Of a DNA stretch of 20,273 nucleotides, positions 1 through 10,600 are shown piece after piece. Position numbers and translations under genes: made by a program. Each line of letters begins with the position of its first letter. Position 1 is the stretch's first letter. This DNA comes from Paraspadella gotoi. Lineage: Eukaryota; Animalia; Chaetognatha. Below the pieces are notes generated by a model. That model did not search any database, had not been told where the DNA came from, and saw nothing but the letters and a program-made list of their open reading frames with translations. Location of the stretch: positions 1-20,273 of the forward strand of contig JBJCIZ010000895.1 in the NCBI GenBank assembly GCA_051294375.1. The letters are read 5' to 3'.

Positions 1-25
1 GGTGGGACGTACAAGAGAGGCCGCG

Positions 26-493
26 CCTTCAATCAGCCGCTTTTTTTACTTACATAAAAATGTGAGTGAAAAAATCATAAAGAGAGGAGAAAAAGAAGAA
101 AATTTTAAAGTTTCCAGAAGGATTGATCAAAGGAACAAGTGGTTAGAGACTGACGGACAGATATTGAGATTAGGCGCAGGAATTGGAGTAAGTTGTGAAA
201 AGAAAGTGATATTTGTCAAGAGAAAGGAGGGAGTCGATCGTTGAACAATGTAGAGCAAAATGAAAACCTTGACTGTAACGACTTTTCTGAATAAAATAAT
301 TGCACTAAAAATTGTTTTAGTAAAAGTAAATTGTGAAATACGGATATTGATCAGAAGGTGAGGGAAGATAGAGTGAAAGACTAAGAAAGCAATTAAGAAG
401 AGTCCTCTCTCTGTCATTCTTTATTGATTTTTCACTCACATATTTCACATGTAAGAAAGTGCGTGGTAAAGGGCTTGCACTAAGAGCCGAAAC
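26..493. mobile_element. Small element with long imperfect inverted arms (MITE-like or Penelope-like remnant)
   Basis: Left arm cttacataaaaatgtgagtgaaaaaatcataaagagagg (~49-87) matches the reverse complement of the right arm cctctctctgtcattctttattgatttttcactcacatatttcacatgtaag (~404-455). Weaker similarity extends outward. Confidence 0.55.
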
Positions 494-619
494 ATGGTAT
501 GCTTTGTTAAAGCAAATGATCGTTGTTTTGTAAGAAAATATTAAAAAACCTCGTTTTACTACATTCCAAAACCGCGGAATGAAAAGAAAGGATTAAACCC
601 ATGCATGAGAATTAGTCAT

Positions 620-735
620 AATTTGATGTTTACTGGAGACATGATCTAAGTGTGAATGCCCGTCAAGATTGGGGGGGCGTGGGACCGGACGGACCGCGAC
701 AAGAGTGAATTGATACGGAGTTGCGGGATCTGCTT
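620..735 (+). mobile_element. Family C (DINE-1/HINE-like) terminal fragment
   Basis: gacatgatctaagtgtgaatgcccgtcaagattggggggg...ggaccgcgacaagagtgaat aligns with 8114-8168 (gacatgatataagtgaatgcccgacaagattagggggcggaccgacaaagtaaat) and with the reverse complement of ~10075-10165. Confidence 0.65.
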
Positions 736-1015
736 AACGTCAAATTACTCGTCGATTTGCTTGTTTGAGTTAATCTTAAAGAGTTTGTATGGTGGAGGGA
801 AGGGGCGTGGTGTACTAACCCACTGAGAGTGGCGTAGTAAAATTCTTAAATTTAACTTTAATTATAAATTCTAAAAGTGGAGGAAGAAGTGCAACATTAT
901 ACTAAATGGAATGCATTTATGTATAAAAGAAAATTTATTAAAATAAATTGTGTAAACAAAATTTACTGCAGTAGGCCATATTTATAGCTGAGTCAGGTGA
1001 GTTTCTATTTGGGTA

Positions 1016-2630
1016 TTTTAGACGATGAAGTTTGGAACTTTGACTACTAATTATTCTTCTTTTTCTCGCCGACTGATAAATATGAAGGACGACACCTAAA
1101 TTGTAAAAACGGTTGGTTATAGGTTATCGTTCTCTTTATAACATAGAAGTCACCTGGGTGGTATTCTACTGCTTTCAAAATACGGTAAGAGACATGATGT
1201 TCTTTACGACGAATGCATGTCCCAATAAACGGTATCATCCTTAATTAAGAAGACATTAAAACGATTTTGCATGGTAAGACCAACTTTTTAGGAGATTAAA
1301 TTGCACGTGGAAGATCTGGTCACGTGATTTTAGATAAAGTACTGCTTCAGGGCAAAAAAAACGGCATGCTAGTAGTATAAGAACTTTTTCCTTTTTCTCA
1401 CTCCTTTTCTTATTTACGTTTTCTGCTTATTGAACTTTCCTCTCTGTCCTCTCTGCTTTTCTCTCTGTGCTCCTCCCTTCTTTACTTTTCTCTCCTCATA
1501 ATTATGCTGTGGCTCATCCATCTCTTGCTCTTCCCTTTACTGATTTCCTTCCGCTCTATTCTGCTTTTCTCTCCCGTCTCTGCATCTCTCTTTCTTCCTT
1601 CCTTTCTGGTTTTTTTTCTCTTAATCATTCCGTCGTTCTCCCTCTTCTCTATATAATATTTTTTTTCCACTTGTTCTCTCTCTTCTCCTCTCCCATTTTT
1701 CTTTTCACCCGATACTTTGCTTTCTACGTTATCTTCTTTTCTTCCTCTCATTAATTTTTCAAATCTTTTCGAATGTATTGTAAGAAAAAAAACAGGGTAG
1801 TGCAAGATTTTAAGCGGAAGTTTGTGGTTGCCGTAGGGCAGATTTAAAAAGATCGAGCAGATCTTTGTGCGAAAGTTTTTTCCCGCACGAAAGGGAACGT
1901 GGTCGATTGGAAGAAAAAAATGTCGCCTGAACTCCCTATGACATTAAAAACGTGCGGTTTGTTTTTAAAACTTGAACATTAGGTTTTCTCCATCTGATGA
2001 AAACTTAAAATCTAAGCTTGAAAAAACGAGTTTGTAGTTTAAAAGAATGGCACCCTCACAAAACCTCACAAATTAAAGAGTCGGCTTAAATTTTCTTTTT
2101 ACAGCCAAGAGGTATTTTGAATATTTTGCCATAATTTTTTAGGCGTTGGAAGGCTCGAGTTGATAGGAATATTTTGCCTAGACACTTGTAAGTAAGATCT
2201 AACTATTTGCTTTGTTTAACAAATTTCGTAGCATAAAAACTAAAAATGTGAGTTTTGACTACTCAATTTTAAAATTAATTCAAAGGCAAACAAATTTTTT
2301 CAATTGGGAATATTCGAACTGAACTGCAGAGGTGAAGGAAAGATAAAAAGACCCGAAAAACCGAAATAAAAACAATTTTCGTCAAACCATTTGTCATTCA
2401 TATGCTCAAGACAAAGTCAAAAAGTGGACAAAAATGGACATAATTTTTTTTTTATTAAAAGTAGCAAATGATATGTGGATTCTTGATTAGAAAAATGATG
2501 CAGATGATTTCAATTAATCCCGTGAGTCTATGCCGCAGTTTGTTTCGGTTCAAATTTAGAATTAATTTTGTAGGTAATATTCCTAGCATAGTTGCAAAAA
2601 AGTGGGTTTTTTTGGCTGAATCGGCTCGAT
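1016..2630 (+). mobile_element. Family A non-autonomous interspersed repeat, copy 1 (most diverged); strand is relative orientation only
   Basis: Colinear anchors with 16485-18015: aaaatacggtaaga (1177/16633), C/T tract (1385-1750/16830-17160), tggttgcc (1825/17261), tgcggttt (~1953/17370), tggacaaaaa(a)tggacataattttttt (2425/17811). Confidence 0.8.
1385..1752. repeat. Polypyrimidine (C/T) low-complexity tract inside family A
   Basis: About 370 bp nearly free of purines on the + strand. Equivalent tracts lie at 16830-17160 and, as an A/G tract, at 7090-7415. Confidence 0.9.
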
Positions 2631-2647
2631 GAGAAATCACTGCACTG

Positions 2648-3078
2648 AGTACTATACCAATAATGTTTAAACGATTTCAAAACAGTTTTTCTAAGATTTT
2701 TTTTCAGATTTGATGTCGGTCATAAAAAGTTGATTGAAAAAAAATATAACGTTCCTTTTTGAAAAATTCCTTCATTAAGTGGGTTCAAAATTTAAAAAAA
2801 GCTATAGGTTTAAAACCTGAAAATTTATTATTTTATATATTTAGATATAGTTTTTTTTTAATTTTTAAGCCCACTAATGAAAGAATGTTTAAAAATGAAT
2901 TTATTATTTTGCTTTATCAACGTTTTGAATGAGGATTCAAATCTGCAATTAAAATTAAGGAAAAGCCTATTTTGAAATTTTTTCGATTTTATAAGGATAG
3001 TACTATATAATAATATATGCCTACTGCGAAAATTAAAAAACTTAATAATATAATTTTTTTTACAAATTATATGTTGCA
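2648..3078. mobile_element. Family B foldback (long imperfect inverted repeat) segment, copy 1
   Basis: Arms agtactat (2648)/atagtact (2997), aaaagttgat (~2725)/atcaacgtttt (~2916) and ttcattaagtgggtt (2771)/aagcccactaatgaa (~2867). Colinear with 13670-14066 (taatgaaagaat, tgagga(a)ttc.aatctgca, ctatttt.aaatttt). Confidence 0.75.
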
Positions 3079-3987
3079 CTGGATGGTATGTTGTTTCAAA
3101 TTGGACTTAGAATTTCCGTACGGTAACTCTTCACTACGCTCTACTAAACCACACCCTTTCCTATGCCGCTGTGCCGAAAAGATGTTTCAGAAATCATCGT
3201 AGCTTAATTTGATATCTGGCATAATGATGGGGTGGGCCTAAAAAGAAGAAGATGTTTGGCCGCAATTCCGAAACAAAATAGTGTCCAACACCCTTTGGCG
3301 CTACACTCGGGCGTTTGAATATTATTCTGAACATAGGCGTTGACGGAGATCATGTGAAGTATTCCTCGAAAAGTATAAGGAAGATGGTTTGTTACCGTCC
3401 GAGCGTGAGGTGATGCAGGGATTTATTACGTATAAAGTAGTGTCAACCAATCAACTTTCGCCCAAGGCTGTTGCTAGACATACCATTACCACAACCATTA
3501 CAACAAGGCCTTCGCAAAGCATGCTGGAGAATGTAGAGCGCCTAAATTTTACTTTCGCCGAACCGCGGTTTTTGGCGGCTTTGTGAAAATAAACTACTTA
3601 AAAATACTTATTTTTAAAAAGAAAACAGTTAAAAAATATTCACCGATTAGCCTCTAAACCTAAACGCCTCTGCACCACTAGACTAGGCCTCTACCCTAAC
3701 CGCTGGAAGGACCACCACTTGAACCCTGCACCGCTGCCCTGAACCCGCGGTCGGTTAAACATAACCCAAAATATTTTTTAAAAATTTTAAAAATTCGTTT
3801 AAAAGTAAAAAGATGAAATGTATTTTGCTTGGTCAATTTCTTTGCGTTCGTCCTTAAAATTCTTATTATTATGAATTATTATTTTAATAAAAGACGATTT
3901 AAGATTTTCAATTACAGAACTTTTTAATTTTAAAGTGTTTGGTGAGCGGTATCATTGTCATACCCCTGCCTACTCGTCCGAGAGATC

Positions 3988-4200
3988 AGCAGCACCTAAT
4001 GGCGCCGGAGGTAGCAACGAGTGTCCTCCCATACCCAAAGGACTGCGGGTTCGCGCCCTGCTGATTCACACAAGTAAAAGCGGGACGGGGCGTCTAAAGC
4101 CACCTGTAAGTGGTCGACTAACAGCCCGATCCGACCAGTTCGGGGACCTTGTGTGCAACGGACGCTTAAACTGCTTCGCGGCATCGTCTTCCACAGTTGC
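3988..4200 (+). mobile_element. tRNA-derived SINE-like element (tRNA-Met/iMet-like head), degenerate
   Basis: A-box-like TGGCGCCGGAGG (4000-4011), then CCCATACCCAAAGG resembling the iMet anticodon region CCCATAACCCAGAGG, then B-box-like GGTTCGCGCCC (4048-4058). GC-rich body in AT-rich flanks. No intact cloverleaf. Confidence 0.55.
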
Positions 4201-5426
4201 TATAAGTTTCCACTGGCTCTAGCCGATTTAAATTTTTTTGTGCCGCGACCGTATTGCTCCGTTGTAAACAGAGGTTTTCCAAGTTACGCATATGATTTTT
4301 TTTACAGTCCACCTTAGGATATATTCGCGTAATTTTGAGACAGAGTAAGAACTTTTTTTTATGTAGGTGTAGTTAGGGTAACTTCAGATGCATATGAAAT
4401 TGTTTACCTGAGTCAGGTTAACTGGACTTTGCTATAATAACGGGTTCTGTGGGGTGACTAGATTCGTATGCAGGCCCTGGCTCTCGTCTTTCGAGGTTTC
4501 TCTATGTTTAATATGTTCGCATCTCTCTACGATCTCATACTTGTTCAAAGTGTTCAGTTTGGGAAAAAAAAGAAAAATGAACAAAGTTAAATCTAGAGAC
4601 CTACATACAGTGGTCGACTAATTTTAAACAAACGCCGGTAGAAATATTGGTTATGGTTATAAGTCTAGTTTTTACTCGCAGGCTCTTTCATCGATACTTA
4701 ATATAAATAATAATTGTTTTTTGTTAGTAAGTCATAAATTTAGAACGCAGTCTATAGTATGTTTGCAAAAGAAGATTTAGAAATTTTAAATAATTCACGT
4801 TTGACACTCAACCAAAGGCTGAAGCAGCTGTACTTTTTAATGTTAGAGTGCATCGTAAGGTATATTAATGCTCTTTTTTTAAAATATTTTTTTGTAAAAA
4901 AAGGGGGCTTTCTGGAGGGATAATGTAAATATGTGTAATATTTTTAAGTAAAATACTTTGTTTAAAAATGTGCTAAAAGTGAAAAAAAAAAATTTAATAA
5001 AGTGCAGTTGAAAATGAAACGCGATCCGTTGACAAGCCAACTTTCTGCACTCATTGTCAAGGCATATGCTTAACTGATATATTAAAATCTTTAAATCACA
5101 TAAAATAGTTTGTAGTAATTTTCCTACTCAACTCAATGTTTTTAAAATTAGTGAAATAACCAGCTGGTTTGCAAATGACAGGCATATTTTCTAACGGCGC
5201 TTGGTAAGAATGTGTCTACTCATGTATAAGTCGTATTTTGGCCGAAAGGAAAAGACGAGTGATAGAAATAGAAGGAAATTACTTGACGAAAAAGTTCGTA
5301 ATATTTATTACTTTTAAAACAGGAATTATTCAGACGATTGATCCAACTGGTACAAGAAGCTAATCAAGCATGCCCCAGCAGATTTAGGACTAGCGCGCGT
5401 TTTTGAACGGCCATTGGTCTGCGTTA

Positions 5427-5499
5427 ATGGATGGAGCAGCTCTCTGTGTGCAACGTCTTGTAATGCCACAGTTAATGTCATTGCACCAATCACGCCCAG
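5427..5499 (+). CDS. Candidate first coding exon of an unidentified host gene (MDGAALCVQRLVMPQLMSLHQSRP, phase 1)
   Basis: GC-elevated unique block 5323-5499 bounded by acceptor ttttaaaacag| (5322) and donor CAG|gtttgt (5500). ATG at 5427 with an in-frame TAG upstream (5391). An upstream donor TTG|gtaaga (5204) would give a 119-nt UTR intron. I do not recognise the peptide. Confidence 0.35.
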
Positions 5500-5989
5500 G
5501 TTTGTAGCTTATCGACAAGTTCAATCTGTTTTCAATTTATGTTTTGATCGGGTATTATGAAAAAGTCCCAAGAAAAATGATTGTAAGAATAGTCAAAATC
5601 ACAATTTAAGTATCAAGCATACAATTTGCTTTTTAGTCTATATTTATTTTTGAGGCCAGATTTGTTTAAAAGCAGATTCCGGACTCTATATATCTCCACA
5701 GATGCATCGAGATTTGTTGCGAGGTCCCGTGCGGTCCACCCCTCAAGCCATTGTTCGGTAAAGGTGGTCATTAGATAGTGAAGGTCTAGATGACGAATCA
5801 AGATTATGAGTAGATTATGTCTCTTCAATTAAAGTGTCCGTCCGTCCAACAGTCTGTCGCGTCCCTTATCCTTTAGAGCAAAAACTGCCAATTACTGCGT
5901 GATTGGTTGTATGGAAGTGCGCGGGAATCGTTGATGAGTGCAAATGAGTTCAAATGGAAGGAAAGACCGTGATTGCACACACTTTTTAT

Positions 5990-6123
5990 ATATTTTATGT
6001 TTATTTATGATATATGTACATCGACAAGAGTATAAGAAATTATCCATTCATTAAATATATAGCTATCTTGCCCTTGTACTTTGGACTTGCTTTTGGTGGG
6101 TGCTTATAGGCGCTTCTATTCAC
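5990..6123 (+). repeat. Family D dispersed repeat, copy 1 (diverged)
   Basis: aattatccattcattaaatatatagctatcttgcccttgtactttggac matches 11377-11424 and 10444-10492. Confidence 0.75.
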
Positions 6124-6291
6124 GGTTCACTGAGACATCGTGGGTAGGTTGAGTGAAGTAATATGTTTGATTGACTCTACCCAGAATGCGAGGAATTGTA
6201 TAAGGCCAGGAGTCAGTGTACCACTAGCTGTTCGAAAGTAACATTACAAACATTAAGAGAGCACGACAGTGATGTCACATTCCCAGAAGTA

Positions 6292-7415
6292 CCTGGGCCT
6301 GCTGCTTACAATCCTCGCATTCAGAAAAAAAATACTTTTTCCAGTATTGTTGAGTTACTTTATTAACAAAATAATTTAATTTGCATATAATATAAATTAG
6401 GCCAAAATACGGATTGGTTATAAACCATCTCCAGCTATTTCTAATCATAATAAGGATACATTCTTCGCCATTTTAGGAAAAAGATCATGTCCATTTTTGT
6501 CCATTTTACTTTTCGTCTCTCAATTTGAAATGCCAAGGAAGTTGAGAAAAATTTTTTTTTTTTAGCAATTCCTTTCTTCCTTATCTTCTTCACTCCTTGA
6601 GTAAAATATTTTCCTTATATCGATTTCATATTCACTTAAGAATTAATTTTAAACTGTTGACAAGTCAAAAAGTCTGTTTTAGTTTTTATTATATTTATTA
6701 AAAAAAATAGTGTAAATTAGCTCTAACAGAAATATAGCCCACAGAATAAGCTTTTTTAACACCTACAAAATTATCAAAAAAAACTCTTGTTTTAGCCATA
6801 AATAATTTTAAAAGACGACAATTAATTTGTGACTTTGTGGTGACTTGCATTTATTTTTTAATAAAATAAGATTTTTAAATTTATTTTTATAGTCTTTAAC
6901 AGTTAAGGAACTACTGACGTTAATAAAAAAAAAAAACCGCATCATTTTAAACCAATTTTCCGTAAAATCTGTCGATTTACTGCAAATCTGCTTGGCAACC
7001 AAAATTGAAATAAAATCATGAGATACCGTAAATTTGTTTTCTTATAATGAATATTAAAGAATTTCTTTATTTGGCTCAATGGTAAATGCAGAAAAGTAGT
7101 GGGAGGGAACAGAAAAAGGAGAATAAAGAAAGAAAGAAGGGAGGAGGCAAAGGGAAAAAAATAGGGAGATAAAGGAAAAGGCGGAAAAAGAGAAAATGGA
7201 AAGAAAGAGAGATGAGAAAAAAGGGGGAAAGAGAAAGAGAAGGAAAGAAGGCGAGAGATAAGAATAAGGGAGGTCAAATAGTGGTAGTAGAAAGGTAGGG
7301 TCGTAGAAAAGGTAATTATGACATGAAAAGTAGGAGGAAAGAGGAGATAAAATAGAAAACAGAGAAAGAAAAGAGATGCAGGAAAAGAATCATGGGAAAG
7401 CGTATGAAAGGAAAC
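6292..7415 (-). mobile_element. Family A repeat, copy 2 (inverted, truncated at the purine tract)
   Basis: Reverse complement aligns closely with 17190-18015: atgtccatttttgtccatttt (6487), gccaaggaagttgagaaaa (~6532), gtgacttgcatttattttt (~6840), aaaatctgtcgatttac (6964), ggcaaccaaaa (6994). An A/G tract follows at 7090-7415. Confidence 0.9.
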
Positions 7416-7420
7416 AAGTA

Positions 7421-8190
7421 TTGAGCAAACAATGTGGATCTGCCCCCGATCATTATCGTAATTAATTAATTATCTAATAATAATTTCAAGCTAATTAATT
7501 ATTAATTAATTAATAATTATTTTTATTTTTCAGTTAATTAATTTAATTAGGCAATGAATTAAACTTTTGATCCGAATTGTTTGGTTTGATGTAATTAATT
7601 GACTGGATTAATTAATTATTGATTAAGTTTAAATTTCACTAATAGATCTAATTAACTGATTCATTATTTGATTATTTAAAATACATCCTTGCAATTTACA
7701 TTTAAAATTTAAAAAAAGAAACATAATCAATTAGTTAAACAGGTTCTTTGTTTTTTATCAATTCGTAAACTCATTATTCACTTTGAGCGAATCCAAGAAC
7801 TGATTTCCAGTTAATCCACACGACGGTTTCTACCCAATTACAAATGCCCCATCCCCCCACTTTCCTCCTCGGTGTCAAATATATATATTTTTTTTTCTCA
7901 TTCAAACTCATTTCCCACTCGGACGATTCCATCGAAACTTCATATCCAGCTCAATCACAGCACTTCCCTACCCACACTGACAACAGTTCATTCAATACCA
8001 TCCATCCAATCACGAGTAATATTTTTTGCTAAGGTGGGACAGGACGGACGGAAGGACATCGTTTTTTTTTTTTTGGGTTTTTTTTGCATAATGATCGATG
8101 AATTCAATGTTCTGACATGATATAAGTGAATGCCCGACAAGATTAGGGGGCGGACCGACAAAGTAAATATCGGATATTTTAGATAAAAAT
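7421..8190 (+). mobile_element. Family C element, most complete copy (DINE-1/HINE-like non-autonomous Helitron/Helentron relative)
   Basis: Starts ttgagcaaacaatgtggatctgcccccgatcatta (reverse complement of 14531-14565), followed by (TAAT)n-rich arrays, a conserved core and a GGAC microsatellite (ggacaggacggacggaaggac, 8037-8057). Class assignment is inferred from the (GTCC)n-type microsatellite and the lack of TIRs or coding sequence. Confidence 0.65.
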
Positions 8191-8329
8191 TGTATCAGAT
8201 AATGTGGCTCTGCCTAAAAGCTTTGTGGTAAATAAACGTCACAAAAATTAAAAGGAGGAATTTGATCTTTAAAAGTTGTTGGTCCATAAAAAATTCATCA
8301 TACTTACATCCTAAATAGGTAGTTGTATT

Positions 8330-8640
8330 AGAGTAGATATGCATGTAGCTTCGGCCGTCCGTGCATTTTGGCGTATATATTTTGTACCTATCGATCGATA
8401 GGAATGGATGTCAAATATGCGCATGCAAATTTCAAGGTCAATCCGGTCAACGCGTTTAGAAATGGCAGGCAAAGACCCGCCGTTTTTCATCCCTCTTCGC
8501 AAAACAGATTCGCGATCGAAAAATAATTTTTTGTTCCACTAAACGTTTGAACTAGCGCTCGCTTTGTAGTCTTTTATTTAAGCCGCGAACGATCGAGCGA
8601 GAAGGCGGTAAACTAAAAATGGGCGCGGTTTGGGTCCTAA
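8330..8640. mobile_element. Probable decayed non-autonomous DNA-element fragment
   Basis: CpG-rich block with the palindrome cctatcgatcgatagg (8387-8402) and catgcaaatttcaaggtcaatccggtcaa, a motif style common in insect MITE/Helitron bodies. Weak similarity of 8496-8560 to 19210-19290. Confidence 0.35.
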
Positions 8641-9589
8641 TTATATTTTTTTTAAAACAAATTTAAAATAAATGAATTTGAAGATCAAATAGAGAAACTC
8701 AACTATTAATTAATCTAAGACTAATAATCAACATGTGAATGGGAATAGGAATTAAGTTCAAGAACTAAATATTTTTATTAGACCCTCGCACACAAGTAAT
8801 TAATTTCTTTTCCTTTGTAGAAGAACACCTGAATCTCGCAAATTATTATTATATATTTTAACCGAATCCTCGGTCGGTCGTGTCTTTTCCTCTCTCCTAA
8901 TCGCTGTTTCTCTACTGTTTTCTCTTTTCCTCCCTCAATCAAACTTGACCTTAATAATTCACCAGTTTCATCTCTCAGGTCATCATCAAATTTGATATGA
9001 AGTTTAGGAAAAGATTCATTATCGTTTTATGCTCAGCAAGAGATAGTCGCCGATATTCAACCAGTGTTTCTACAAAAACAATATTCTGATTATTTTCCTC
9101 CATTTTAAAAACCTTTATTATCGCCATTTATTCTGCGCTTTTTTCTCAATACAAAATCCCAAATGTACATTCGAGATTTTTGTGGATTTATTTTATGGCT
9201 CCGAGATTGAGTCAGAATACGTCATCAGATTCCCGATTTCCAAGTTGCACGAACCCGCAAGTGTTTGTACAGTAGAAAAAATTTGGAACTGCCTTCTTCT
9301 TTGATTAATTAATTCTTGATTAATTCTCTGATTAATTTTATAATAACTACTTAAAAATAATAATAACATTGAAAAGCTTTGTTTACAAACAAAACTAGAG
9401 TATGTTCTATCAAACGTTACATAAACCCAAAACAATAATAAAATGAACAATAGACTTGAAAACGTATGAAATTATTAATATAACAATATTAAAAGCAGAT
9501 TATTAATTGATTATGACGTCAAAGGAAATGAGAGAAAAACATGCATTGCCTAGGTTCACCCCGCCTAGAAGCATGACACTTTCAGTTGT

Positions 9590-9830
9590 GACCCGGTGGC
9601 TCATTGAGTAAAGCCATCAGCTCATGACCACTAGGTACCGGGTTCAATCCCAACCCGGTACCTACCCTGCGGGAAGCGTGAGGACGGCCGTAAGCCGCCT
9701 TCAGGGCATGGCAAACCCTCAAGCCTGGTTCCAAGCCAAGGGACCCGTTCCATGGTTGCAAGACGGGGTTAAAGAAGTTACGGACAGTAATCTTCAGCCC
9801 ACGTAGCGCCTTATCCACACGTTTTTAATT
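9590..9830 (+). mobile_element. tRNA-derived SINE-like element (Met-like head)
   Basis: A-box TGGCTCATTGAG (9597-9608), CTCATGA anticodon-loop-like stretch (9621-9627) and B-box GGTTCAATCCC (9641-9651). A ~170 bp GC-rich body ends in a T-rich tail. Confidence 0.7.
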
Positions 9831-10069
9831 TAAAATTTGGATGATCCGCGGAAAAGAAAATGTCTCTCATTGGTCGAACCAATGGCACGGGTTTCCATCT
9901 GCCTGTGGAGAATGCCATTACCTTAAATAGCTAAAGTTTTTGTATTGTTTCACTCTGCCTGAAAATGGACACCGTCTATGCTTTTTCTATCAAAAAGGCG
10001 AAAACCACCAATGACTGAAGCTTCAATGTAGTGGGTTGATAGGGTTATTTAAGATATTTGTTGTATCTG

Positions 10070-10600
10070 CTTATTAGCAGATTTCGGCTCTATTATTCAC
10101 CTGGTCGGTCTTTCGTTCCCCCATTATCTTGTCGGTGGGTTACTTATATCATCTCTGAACATCGAATTATCAAAAATTGTGCAAAGCAAAAGATGTCCAT
10201 CCGTCCGTCCATCCCCCCTCAGCTTAAAGTGTTAATAATTAATTACTCATGATTAGAAAGGACGATTTACTCGAAGTTTATTGATTGGGATAAAAGTTGT
10301 GCGATAGAGCTGGATATCAAGTTTTGATGAAATCGTGAAAGTGGAAATAAGTTTAAATGAAAAAAAAAATTGAATAATTAATTAATCATGCATATTGTTT
10401 ATTTTTATTTATATATATATGAAATTGGTACAACCAATATAAAAATTATTCATTCATTTAATAAATAAGCTATCTTGTCCCCGACTTTGGACAGTTATTA
10501 TTAATTAATCTATTATTATATTAATAATTAATTAATATAATAATCAGTAATGACTAAAAATAAATAATCTAATCAATTAATTAAATAGTTAATTTATCAT
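10070..10600 (-). mobile_element. Family C element, inverted copy, interrupted by a family D fragment
   Basis: Reverse complement of 10075-10370 aligns with 7890-8190: gatgtccatccgtccgtcc, gagctggatat, gtggaaataagtttaaatgaaaaaaa. TAAT-rich arrays resume at ~10495-10590. Confidence 0.75.
10421..10494 (+). repeat. Family D dispersed repeat, copy 2 (truncated)
   Basis: aaattggtacaaccaatataaaaattattcattcatttaataaataagctatcttgtccccgactttggacag is near-identical to 11354-11426. Confidence 0.9.

Noticed and set aside
1467-1805. ORFs 1467-1754 and 1482-1805, and likewise 6942-7277, 16883-17347 and 16959-17144
   Set aside because: The F/L/S/P-rich or K/R/E-rich translations are by-products of the stop-poor pyrimidine/purine tracts in family A. 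The reading frames are not conserved between copies.
3955-3990. catacc...ctcgtccga similarity to the 5' part of 5S rRNA
   Set aside because: Only two short words match, the spacing is wrong, and there is no 5S internal control region downstream.
5378-5416. ADLGLARVFERPL resembling a protein-kinase DFG/DLG motif
   Set aside because: No HRD or APE context. The frame has a stop at 5339-5341 just after the acceptor site. Probably chance.
9590-9662. Functional tRNA-Met gene (also considered for 3988-4062 and 11807-11730)
   Set aside because: Acceptor and anticodon stems do not pair properly, and each head continues into a GC-rich body. SINE heads or pseudogenes fit better.
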